Source of the DNA: Octopus sinensis
Lineage: Eukaryota
NCBI RefSeq assembly: GCF_006345805.1
Contig: NC_043001.1
Coordinates: 85,808,001-85,872,000, forward strand
Length of the DNA: 64,000 nt
Reading direction: 5' to 3'
Made by a program: the position numbers and the translations under genes. Of this stretch, positions 27,546 to 39,839 are shown piece after piece (position 1 is the stretch's first letter; every line of letters starts with the position of its first letter). The notes under the pieces are model-generated. The model was not told the DNA's origin. It worked only from the letters and a program-made list of their open reading frames with translations, and ran no database searches.

Positions 27546-29000
27546 AAATTGGTAGAATTCATCAATAAATGGAGTAGGAGAAATAATTTAAGGGAAGGAA
27601 AATTATATTTAACGGCAATGTATGTTAGGCATCTATTGATTTTAAATACACCTCCATGTAGTACATCTCTTCCGCCTCGTATCTAATGTCAAGGTTGGAT
27701 TCCCATATCGTGCATTTGCAACAAGTCTGCCATGTATATTTTTTAATTAGAATATCTTGTTTTTCTTTTTTTTAATTTTTTTAATTTATTATCAGTATTA
27801 TTATTATTGTTGTTGTTGTTGTTTTTGTTGTTGTTTTGTTTTAGATTTTATCGTAATTAGATAGTTCAAGGTCAAAGAGTGGAAGTGTATTCTCAGAAAA
27901 TTAAGCTATTCGTTTATCTCCTACTAGTTTCAGTCATTGGATTGTGGTCATACTGAGACACTGCCTGGAAGGGGGTTTTGTTGGAACAAATCGACCCAGT
28001 ACATATTTTTTTGAAGTTTGGTACTTATGTTATTGGCCACGTTTGCCAAACCGCAAGAATACGGGGATGTAAGCAAACCAACATTGTTTGTCATGCGATG
28101 GTGGAGGCAAACGCACAACACATATACAGACACACATATGTACAAAAATCTTCTACATAGTTTCAGTCAACGAAATTCTCCCAAAGGCATTGATCGGCCC
28201 AGGGCTACAGTAGAAGATACCCAAGGTGCCATGCAATGGGACTGAACCAGAAAGCACACGTTGCAAAGAAAGCTTCTTAAACACATGGACTTCATTCCAC
28301 TTTGTTTGTTCCTTCTCGATCCATTCCTGGCTCATAAGGGCCGGTTTCCCAGTTTCGCTGGTGTATAGGTCCCCACCTGGACGGGACGCCGGTCCGACGC
28401 AGGTGAGCTGCAAGATTCAAGAGGAAAGATTGAGAGAAAGTTGTGGCGAAAGAGTCAGCAGAAGTTCGCCGTTACCTTCTACCGGAGCCGCACGGAGCTT
28501 AGGTGTTTCGCTCATAAACACACATACCGCCCGGTCTGAGATTCGAACCCGCGATCCCTCGACCGCGAGTTCCCTGCTCTAACTACCAGGCCATTTGCCT
28601 CCACGACTCCACTTTGGAACATAACTATTGAATAAGATATGAAAAAGCGTCCGGTGTAACGTTATAATTATTGCATTTAAATCCTACCAAATAATTAACG
28701 TAAAGAAAGCATACACCAACATATCTTTCGAATCGAAATAATCGAAGGATTAGCAATAAATATACTGAATACTATTACTCTTCTATAAAACTATGCCCTT
28801 CTTCATCAGATTCAACTTTATCCTGCTTCGAGTAAAGATATGAAGTTTACTGAATATAATCATCTTGGTGACGAATATTTATGGTTTTGGAGTCGTGTTT
28901 GCTATTACTATTTGTCAGAGTGAGCCCACGCATTTCCCCAAGAAAATGCTTTGAGATTGAGAGTTGATTTGGCAGAACCAAACTGAAAGAAGTTCTATGT

Positions 29001-29047
<47 letters not shown>

Positions 29048-29079
29048 AGCACACGCGCCCACACACATACACATATATA

Positions 29080-29165
<86 letters not shown>

Positions 29166-29177
29166 GGACAGACAGAC

Positions 29178-29240
<63 letters not shown>

Positions 29241-29260
29241 GAGATAGATAGATAGATAGA
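29001..29260. repeat. Compound (CA)n(GATA)n(GACA)n(GATA)n microsatellite
   Basis: Directly visible. Confidence 0.98.
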
Positions 29261-29498
29261 TTATCTTCTAGTTGTTTCACTAATTAGACTTCAGCCATAC
29301 TGGAACACCACATTAAATAATTTTAACCGACGGAATAGACGCCGGTACTTATACTTTTTTAAGCCAGGCACTTATTTTATCTGTTTTGCCAAACCGTTGG
29401 TCTAAGGGACGTAAACATACGAACATAGATTATCAAGATGTGGTGGTGTACAAACCCGGGCACAAAGCCATGCACATACACACACATATCTATCGATA

Positions 29499-30552
29499 TA
29501 TAACGGAAAAGTGAAAAGCTGTCCGCACTTTCGCTATAACATAACTTTATTTTTGTCACACTGCCTCCTGCGTGTGTGTGCTTATAGTTGGTACTATGTA
29601 GTCACGTGATCGAAGTTTGAGTCTGTTAGTGCCACTTTCATTTCTGGCTTTACAGTGTAAGTATGGCCGCTTCACAAGTAATGTGCACCAAAGAAGAACA
29701 AAGAGCAGTGATCTGTCAAGTACTGAAATTCTTCGGAGACTTTTAGCAGGGTACGGGGACAGTGCACTACCGCGTAGAAGTGTGTATGAGTGGATGGAGA
29801 ATTTTAAAAGTGGTGCGCGAAGAGGGAGCAGAACGCCTGTCAACACTACTGACGAGAAGATTCAGCATGCTTGAGAGATTGTAATGGTGAAGCGGTTCAT
29901 TATTACCATCTAACGGACATGTGTTCTTTGGTGCACATTGCTAGTGGAACAGCCATGCTTACACTGTAAAACCAGAAAGAAGAAAAGAAAGGTGGCGAGC
30001 TGGCAGAAACGTTAGCACGCCGGGCGAAATGCTTAGCGGTATTTCGTCTGCCATTACGTTCTGAGTTCAAATTCCGCCGAGGTCGACTTTGCCTCTCATC
30101 CTTTCGGGGTCGATAAATTAAATACCAGTTAGGCACTGGCGTCGATGTGATCGACTTAATCCGTTTGTCTGTCCTTGTTTGTCCTCTCTGTGTTTAGCCC
30201 CTTGTGGGTAGTAAAGAAATAGGCATTTCGTCTGCCATTACGTTCTGAGTTCAAATTCCGCCGAGGTCGACTTTGCCTCTCATCCTTTCGGGGTCGATAA
30301 ATTAAATACCAGTTAGGCACTGGCGTTGATGTGATCGACTTAATCCTTTTGTCTGTCCTTGTTTGTCCCCTCTATGTTTAGCCCCTTGTGGGCAATAAAG
30401 AAATAAGAAAGAAAAATGGTGCGATCAGGCTCAGACTTCGATCACGTGATCACAAAAGTGCCAACTATAAGCACGCATGCGCAGAAGGCAGTGTGACTAT
30501 AATAAAGATATATTATAGTGAAAGTGCTGATAATTTTTTATTTAACCTCGTG
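29499..30552 (+). mobile_element. Mariner-derived foldback element with a SINE dimer inserted in the right arm
   Basis: 29499-29705 is inverted relative to 29915-29985 plus 30413-30552. Transposase N-terminus remnant MAASQVMCTKEEQRAVI / STEILRRLLAGYGDSALPRRSVYEWMENFKSG (HTH region) at 29663-29910. Confidence 0.85.
29990..30400 (+). mobile_element. SINE tandem dimer inserted into the mariner foldback arm
   Basis: Two near-identical units joined at gtaaagaaatagg; A-rich duplication (agaaagaa..) on both sides. Confidence 0.9.
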
Positions 30553-31012
30553 TGTGTATGTGTGTGCGCATGCGTGTGTGTGCGCATGCGTGTGTGTGAG
30601 AGAGAGCGAGAGAGAGAGAAAGGGAGAATAATTGACAATAATGGCTACATTTCTCTTTCATCCAAATTCCATTAATCATGTTAAAATTATATTTTGCCAC
30701 CAGCATTGCTTACACTTGATAGCTATTTTTATAGTATAGTTTATAAAACATAGAATACTATTCCTCTTACTGTCGTAAATATTCGGGGATTCAGCTCGTA
30801 AATGCAACAAAGTTCATGATGTCATACCATTGGCTATGTCCACTGGAAAATATTATTATTGAAAATATATCCGTATCTATAAAAGAAATAGTTTTCAAAA
30901 TCTTTAAAACTTTTATATACGCCCACTAAAGGAAAAAAAAATCATGAGAAAGCAACGACACGAGCGGAATGATTTTTGTTTCTTTTCTAAATCATTGAAA
31001 AAATAGTGAACA

Positions 31013-31063
<51 letters not shown>

Positions 31064-31088
31064 TACATACATACATACACACACATAC

Positions 31089-31134
<46 letters not shown>

Positions 31135-31136
31135 TA

Positions 31137-31170
<34 letters not shown>

Positions 31171-31207
31171 GATATATATATATATTATATATATATATAT
31201 ATATATT

Positions 31208-31497
31208 ACGGAGATGTACTTCCATAGCAAGTGACTTGATCTGAGATCGTGTGCTAGAACGAAAACAATTGCAGCGTGGAAGGTGTTTATAAGCCATTTA
31301 AGAAACACACAAAACCGTTAGATTCACTTCAACATTTAAATTTAATTTGTCAAAATATTTTACGAAGTTTTCTCGGTGAACAGGTCGCGGTCTCAAAGCG
31401 ACGAAAATATTTTGACAAATTAAATTTAAATGTTGAAGTGAATCTAACGGTTTTGGTGTTTCTTAAATGGCTTATAAACACCTTCAACGCTGCAATT

Positions 31498-31500
<3 letters not shown>
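31208..31500. repeat. Interspersed repeat with an internal ~97-bp head-to-head inversion (31262-31360 / 31405-31500); a colinear copy lies at 58518-58720
   Basis: aacaattgcagcgtggaaggtgtttataagcc...gtcaaaatattt is followed by its reverse complement. Confidence 0.85.
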
Positions 31501-31555
<55 letters not shown>

Positions 31556-31725
31556 TTACATGCATATATATATATATATGGTTAAAAAAATAAGATGGTA
31601 TGGCATGTTGGGCAAGTGTCTTTTTCTATAGACTCAGAGTAACCAAAGCCTTATGAGTGGATTTGGCAGACGGAAACTGGAAAGAAGTTGTGGAGTATAT
31701 ATATATATATATGTATCTATGTATG

Positions 31726-31767
<42 letters not shown>

Positions 31768-31918
31768 ATATATACATACATACATATATATATATACATA
31801 TGTATATATGTATATATATATATGTATGTATGTGTATATATATATATATATTATATATATATATATATATACATACATACATATATATATATACATATAT
31901 ATATATATATCTATATAT

Positions 31919-31953
<35 letters not shown>

Positions 31954-33818
31954 TAAGGGCGGTGCCCCAGCATGGCCTCAGCGGGATGGCTGAAACAAGT
32001 AAAAGAGTAAAAGAGATATATATATACATATATATACTCCACAACTTCTTTCCAGTTTCCGTCTGTCAAATCCACTCATAAGGCTTTGGTTACTCTGAGT
32101 CTATAGAAGAAGACACTTGCCCAACATGCCATCTTATTTTTTTAACCTCAACGATGCTTTGTATCCCGTAAAACACCTTAAAAAATGAATTATTAAGCTT
32201 TCATGGATCCGGAATGGAAAAGCATGAGATTTTGCTTATCTCAATGCATAACAATTGTTTATTTGAATATTATGGCCGACTACTGAAGGGGTGGATTGGT
32301 AGAATCATTAGAGCATCGGAAAAGTACCTCGCGGAACTTTTCAACTTCTAGGTTCGAATTAGAATGTAAAGAGTCAGGATCTGTTTCGGATTTTTGTACG
32401 CGGATTTCACGTTACGCCAATCTCAACTTTGATTTTTGTTCTTTCGAGTCAATAAATTAAAGTACCAGCTAAGAACTAGGGTCCACGCCTTCAGTCAGAA
32501 ACCACTTTTATGTATTTTCTCACGTTCTCAGATAAAATTCCGCTGAGACGACTTTAACTTTCAACAAGTCGGATCGATAGAATAAGTACTAGTCTAACAC
32601 TGGGATCGCTGTTATGGATCACTCCTCTTCGCAATATTTTAAGCCGTGTGCTTATAGTAGAAAGAAAGAATTATGTATTTGTAAAGTTTTTGAAATAAAA
32701 AGAGTCCCATCTCACTATTAACTTCTACAAGAATATCGATCTTTGCAAACTGCTGATTATGTCTATTAGATAATGAAAAAATTCCGTAATACTAGTAATT
32801 CGTAGTATGCATAGTTATTTGATTTCATTTCATATTTAATACCATGTCTTCAGTACTAAATAAAGCGATTCATTTCTATTCATTGATTAATCTGTATACA
32901 TGTTTTTGTGTTGCCTCAATCCATTCAATCTTTTTCTCGATACACATTCATACTTTCTTTGTAATTACTTCGTTATACAAAAGAAAAACAAAATTCATAA
33001 AGTCGTCATTTTTTTCTGTTTATTTTAAAAAATTTTATCATTATTATTTTTATTTGGCTTTCTAACAATTTGACAAGTGAAGAAAAAATTGTTTGTGTTA
33101 ATGATTTCCCATGGTGCAGTGCGAAGACGTGACAAAATGGTTGCTCTTTTGTTGCTGTAGTAATCATTAACAGAGACAAAAATACATATACAAGTCGTTT
33201 TATATGATTTTATTTCATTGTTATCGATATTTTTATTCAATGTTTATTATATTAAGAAAAAGTTATAGACACTGTTAAAAGCTTTTATTTTCGACATCTA
33301 GTAGTAGAGTCTATAGTTGAGTTTTCTAGTTTGAACTCCTTGGTGTAAATACAAGGATTTAAATAATATTAGTGTCATAACCAAGACAATTTGTTTATTT
33401 TACGGATGTTCAATTTTTTTTTAGATTAATAATTCTCTTGAAATAATTTGTTTATTTAAAAATATTCAATTTTCTTTCAGATTAATAGTATTCTCAAAAC
33501 ATAGTTTATTTTTTTTAAATTCAATTATTTTGGTATTCTACACAAATATACTTATTATTTAAAGACATCAGAGGATGAAGAACTGACAGAAGGGTCGGCA
33601 AACATATTTTGGTGATATTTGTTTTGATTCATTATGATCTGCGTTCAAATCCCGCCGAAGTTAACTTTGTGTGTCATTCCAGCACGATGAAGCAGGAAAT
33701 TAAGTTCGGCGATGAAATGAAATACTAGTCATTCATTTGGTGCTATGGTATGGACAAACTGCCTCCCTTCAAAGTCGCTGGTAATGTACGTAAATCCAGA
33801 AACATTATTGATTTTCAC

Positions 33819-34046
33819 TAAGGCGACGAGTTGGCAGAATCGTTAGCACACCGGGCGAAATGCTTAGCAGTATTTCGTCACGTTCTGAGTTCAGATTCCG
33901 CCGAGGTCGACTTCGCCTTTCATCCTTGCGGGGTCGATTAAATAAGTACCAGTTACGCACTGGGGTCGATATAATCGACTTAATCCCTTTGCTTGTCCTT
34001 GTTTGTCCCCTGTATGTTTAGCCCCTTGTAGGCAATAAAGAATTAA
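33819..34046 (+). mobile_element. Monomeric SINE of the same family with a 15-bp TSD
   Basis: TSD attattgattttcac at 33804-33818 and 34047-34061. Decayed relatives at ~21310-21480, 22480-22645, 34065-34275, 42480-42690, 54190-54345, 54640-54830, 58820-59010. Confidence 0.9.
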
Positions 34047-34919
34047 ATTATTGATTTTCACACAAAATTATCGAGCTGGTAGTATCGTCAGCACGTAGGA
34101 CAAAATATTTAGCAGCATTTCTACCAATCCGTGTAATTCTGAGTTCAAACTCCGCTGAGAATGACCTTGCCTTTCATTCTTTGGAAGTCGATAAAATGAG
34201 TATCAGTTGAGCACTGGAATCGATTTAATCTACATAACTTCCCTCTAAAATTGCTGGCTTGTGCCCAAATTTGAAACTATCATTCATAATCATACAATGA
34301 GTAAACGGATTACATAATTAATTACGTAATTCTAGTTTACCCTCACTCCCGGGGAATTAATGTTTTACCTTTTACTAAAGGATTTCCGCAGGATGGAATG
34401 TTTCAATGACTCTATAGATTTATCTTTGTAACTTCGTGCTTTTCTTAGTTATTATAATAAACAAGTAGATCTGTCTCCCATACGCCGGCATTTGCACCTG
34501 TGGGTTATGATGCTAATTGCTTGTTTTCTTTTATAACTTACGATCTCTCGTGGCTGTAGAGAATTATCACAGGTATTCATTGTAAGGCCATCCCATTCCA
34601 TTCAAAGGCAGTACGGTATAACATTAGGGAGATTTCATTGATATTTCTAGATTAAATGACCATTAACTATTCTTCTTGCTGTCACACAACTCGTGTTTTA
34701 TTTACAAAAGGGCAACCAGACGTTGATACCTTCACGATGTATGTTATTCACCCTCAAGTGAAGTTTGAAACATGTTTGGGCATTAGACGATTGTATGTTA
34801 ATGAACAAATTTACACAACAAGCATACTCAAAAAAGTATCTTGAATCCGAGATCACCGTTGATCCCTTATCACTCGTGTGTGTGTGTATGTATGTGTGTG
34901 TGGGTGTGGGTGTGGGTGT

Positions 34920-34961
<42 letters not shown>

Positions 34962-35852
34962 GTGTACAGTTGATCGCCTGCATTGCTTCTACTACACCGC
35001 CCAGGAAAATAAATAATCAATTCGTGAAACGAATTAAACGTTGTTTTGATGAGAAGTTCATTCTATCTTTACGACAGGAACATTTTCACATCACATGAAC
35101 GCATTTTGTTTTATGAATAAGTTTAAAAGTCTTTCTCTCTTTTTAATGATTGATTTGCGAAGATTTTTAAAGACATTTATATATCTAGCGGAACCCATAG
35201 AGATTTTACCATTTTATAAATTTTCTTGTTTCTAATTTGATAAATATAATCTTTAAATCTTCATAACATTCTTCCATGATACTGAATTCATTCTATTATT
35301 AAGTTTGTTTTAAAGCATAACATTCCGACTTCTTTCTCTCCGTTCAAACTTCGTTTGGTTTCCTTTGCATTCTATAGTTAAAATGGTCTTAAAATGGTCT
35401 TAGAAATTTTGTTTATGAATACGATTACACTCCATAGTTTACAGTCCATAATTAAAGAGGGGTTTTTACGTGTATTGTTAGAACTTGTACCATTACCTTA
35501 AAAAAGCTTCGTCTATATCTTCCGCTGTGTTCCGTATCAAGGTGGGGAAAAGTGTAACACTCAAACACACTTATGCTGTTATGCATGCTCAATAAGAATG
35601 TTATAATAGATATGTATGTCTTTATGCTCGCTCTAACTTACTTAAAGAGCCAAACAAAAAACGCTCAGATAAAAATAAAGGTCAATCAGCTGAAATTATG
35701 CTCCTAATGAAATGAAACGGCATTGACGTTAATAATTCTTGCCAAGGAAAAAGTTTAAGAAAACTCTGTGGCTATATTGATTAGAAATAAACGGAGAAAC
35801 TAGATGATGGGCGTGAATCTGACCTTTGCATACATTTATATCATCTGCACTT

Positions 35853-36963
35853 CTAAGATGTGTATCCTTATTTGCACATGCATTTACATCTGTGTTTGTG
35901 TGTGCATGAGTATGCATGTGTGTGAGTGCGTGTATACTTGTGTGCGTCATTGTTCTTAGCAGCAGTATGGCCTTACCATCAGCCCAATTCTCTCAACCCT
36001 TTGTGTTTTGCTCTGTCCTAAGACCCGAAAATTTAGTACTGTTCCTGCAGCTCTTTGTGTTTGTGTGTTCGCCCACGGTGTTGCCATTGTGGTAGTTGTT
36101 GTTGTTATTGCCATTTCTGTCACCGCCGCTGCTGCTGTCGTTGTTATTCGTGTTGTTGATATTGTGGCCGTCCTTGAAACTTTTTGTGTGTTTGTGTGTG
36201 TTTGCTTAGTATGTTGTTTGTATCCATGCACTTTATATGGATTTATTTATTTATTTTATCTATCTTTATTTCTTATATTTATCACAGGTATGTGATAAAT
36301 ATATTTATTTACTTATCTATTTATATATTTATTTATTTATTATTTATCTATCTTTATTTCTTATATGTATCACACGTAAGTGCATAGATGTCTATTGTGT
36401 GAGCATTACCCGGTAAGCATCTGTGCATTATTTACAATTTCTTCCTCTCTCTTCTTTTCCCTTCTGCCTTTAGTCATGTAGTGTGCTGTTGTGGTGGATG
36501 TTACTGTTCCATTCTTGATTTCTGTTGAGGTTAGGTCTGTCTAATCCTATATGTGTAGCCTCTGTGATATATCTAAGTGTCGTGTCTCAATTCTATGTGT
36601 CGATAATACTTTAACGTATATGCTATTAATCGAGCCTCCATGTTCTGCCTGAGCATGTTGAGAGAGCACTGACGAGTTTTTCTCCTCTTTGCGCTCTCGC
36701 CAATGTCCACCTATACGTTCTCCTATGCTGCGTGCAGTCTTTCCAATAAACACACAAACACAGACAGATACAGGGACTGTACCAAATTTTAGGGTCTTAG
36801 AAGAACAGTAGCACATTGGGGTGAGACAATGGGGCTGAGGGGAAGGCCATACTACTGCTAAGAACAATAACGCACACACAAGTATACACACACATACACA
36901 CACATGCACACACACACAAATACAGACGCAAGCGCATGCGCATATAAGGATACACATCTTAGA
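35853..36963. repeat. Diverged ~215-bp inverted repeat (35853-36069 / 36750-36963) bracketing the GIY-YIG remnant
   Basis: ctaagatgtgtatcctta...ttgttcttagcagcagtatggcctt...ctaagacccgaaaatttagtac is the reverse complement of 36750-36963, with many substitutions. Confidence 0.85.
36509..36750 (-). mobile_element. Penelope-like element GIY-YIG endonuclease remnant
   Basis: FIGKTARSIGERIGGHW...SSVLSQHAQAEHG..VKVLSTH..ETRHLDISQRLHI*D..PNLNRNQEW follows the Penelope-like YIGxTxRxLxERxxEH..S.L..H...H..P.LNR pattern. Confidence 0.8.
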
Positions 36964-37190
36964 TGAACAGAATGGAGTAAGTGGAGTAAGAACACAACCG
37001 AAAACGAAAAGTGTCGCTGAAAAGGTCACAGATGTGTGACGAAAGCTTTCCGGACAATGGACAGTTAAAATAAAATAAAAATAAGCACAGTAATAAACGC
37101 GAGAAGAACAAATGCATAGTGCGTGTGTTTATTTGGCAAAAAAAATGACCATTCTGAAATACAATAATATATGTTTCAATACACGATTTC
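36964..37190 (+). mobile_element. Penelope-type pseudo-LTR repeat with a hammerhead-like core (related copy at 14975-15195)
   Basis: CTGAAAA-G-GTCACA gatg TGTGAC-GAAA-GCTT-TC at 37017-37050; the copy at 15049-15082 reads CTGAGGA-G-GCCACA gatg TGTGAC-AAAA-GATT-TC. Confidence 0.65.
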
Positions 37191-38498
37191 ACATCAGGAA
37201 TCTTGCAACACAAACTGATAAATGTATACATATATATATATATGTGTGTGTATGTGTGTGTGTGGTGGGGGGAGCTTCTGTAAAAGACACTGAAGCTAAA
37301 ATATTCTTTCCTATTCTAGGCACAAGGCCCGAAATTTTGGCGAGGGGGGGCGGGAGAATAGTCAATTAGATAAATGGTTTTAAAAAATAGCACTTCTTAC
37401 AGTCGTTTATGTCACGTAGACTATTTTCCTAGAATATTTAGTTTTGATATAATCACTATTTTTAACATTCAAAAAATGTTATTCTGGATATAGTTACAAT
37501 CTTGTTTTTTTTTCTAAATATTGATTATTTTGTTGTATAGTTGAATTACTCCATTTATAATCATACTTCAAACATTTCCAAATATATATTTTATATAGTG
37601 TAAAGTTACTCTGTTGTTGATATTTTTATTGCAATTTTTTATGCAAGTTATGCAGTCGTTTTTTTACTACATTCCCTCAATTGGATTCAATTGCTTGATT
37701 TTAAGATCTTGAATACCTTACCTTACAGTCGTATTTCTCCAAAAATCTTTTGCATTATTAAAACACATTTCTTCCCAAAATAACACATAAATGACGAGAT
37801 CCGCTACACACGGGATTCATTACAGCTACTTTCGGAATTTTTTACGATTGAGTCTACCAAGAAGGTCAGTAGTCTTAGCCTTTCCCGTTTTCTTAAATTA
37901 ATCATTAAAAATATAAATACATGCTGCGGAGACCAATAAAACAGATCATCACAGTGTTTGTCTTTTAAAGTTAAATTTAAAATATGCAAATGATAAATTA
38001 CAACTATCTTTTTTTAATCAAAAGTGTTCAAAACTTGTATTATTTTCTGCTGCCCTATATATCTGATACAGATGATTAGCATTGTAATCACTTTCACAAT
38101 AGACTTCTGAATGTACTTTCACTAAGTGTTAACCTCTCTGGTCCACTCTAAAACGTTATAACGAGGTGCAATATATACGAATCAAACATTACAAGCAATA
38201 ATATTATCACAGAAGAACCTTTGCAACAGGGCTGTGTTAAAGCCAACTGATTCTATAAACAGAGCCAAACTATGGTGCTCCCTTGACACTGTCATTGTCT
38301 AATTGACAACACAATAAATTAGGAATTTGAAATAATTTATTATGAATTCAAGCAAAATATATACCCATTGTTTACATTGTGCACATCGAATGGAATTCCT
38401 AGACTGCTCTTCTCTATACATTGAGCATAGTCATTACCTAGATAGCGTTACAGTCTTGTCTTCTTTACACATATATACAGATGTATGTATGCGTGTAT

Positions 38499-38558
<60 letters not shown>

Positions 38559-38852
38559 GTTGCTTTCATTTTCCGTCTCCCAAATCCACTCACAAGACTG
38601 AAATACAAGGCACTTGCCCAAGGTGCCATGCAGTGGAACCGGAGACATGGAACCATCCAAAATAAAACTGAATAAAGGAATTTTTTTTTTTTAAATAATG
38701 CTTGACTGTTTGGTAAGAAATTTGCTTTCCAACCACATATTTCCGGGTTCAGTCCCACTGAGTGGCACCTTAGGCAACTATCTTCTACTTTAGCCTCCGG
38801 CCAACCAAATCCTTCTGAGTGGATTTGGTAGATGGTAACTGAAAAAAACCCG

Positions 38853-38923
<71 letters not shown>

Positions 38924-38924
<1 letters not shown>

Positions 38925-39522
38925 GGATAAGGTCGCTATTTAAAATACAGATCATATCAAGTGGCTACCATAGAAATATAATATTGTAGGTATTAATTAT
39001 TATAAAAATTATAATTAAGGTATCTAAGAGATACCACCATGCTAGAGATAGCAGTCGAAACTTCTAAAACCACTTCATATATACTTACACCACATGGTGA
39101 AAAGATAAATAGACAAATACATTTTGGATAATCCTCATATCCAGATTTCTGTATGAAAATAAACTCTGCCTCATCAGAGATACACAGATAGTACATATAT
39201 ATATACATATATATACAACATACGGATACTTACATATACGCACGTATACATACATATGTATGTATATACACGACCGGTTTAATTGCCCGTCTAAACTCCA
39301 CGTGCTATATAGTCAAAATACTACCGCAGCGAATATAATGACGAAGTAAATATATAATTTTTTTATAAAAATAAGGATTATATCGTTATTTAAAATACCG
39401 ATCATATCAAGTAGCCAGCATGGAAATAAAAACCTTATAGGTATTAATTATTATTAATATTATAATTAAGGGTATCTAAGAGATACCACCATGCTAGAGA
39501 TAGCATCTAGGTATCCGTATTT

Positions 39523-39567
<45 letters not shown>

Positions 39568-39788
39568 AATTACGTACTATATGTGTAAATCTAACTGATG
39601 AGGCAGAGTATATTTTTATACAGAGTCAGAAATCCGGATCTGTGATTATCCAAAATATTTTGCTAGTTTATTTGACTATGTGTCTGTTTACCTTGTGGTG
39701 TATGTATATGGGAAGTGGTTTTAGAGTCAAGTTTTGACTGCTGTCTCTAGCATGGAGGTATCTCTTAGATATCCTTAATTATAATTTA

Positions 39789-39800
<12 letters not shown>
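38924..39800. repeat. Cluster of three related repeat copies: direct (38924-39215, 39370-39505) and inverted (39575-39795)
   Basis: Shared gtatctaagagataccaccatgctagagatagca block; 39575-39795 is the reverse complement of ~38995-39215. Confidence 0.8.
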
Positions 39801-39839
<39 letters not shown>

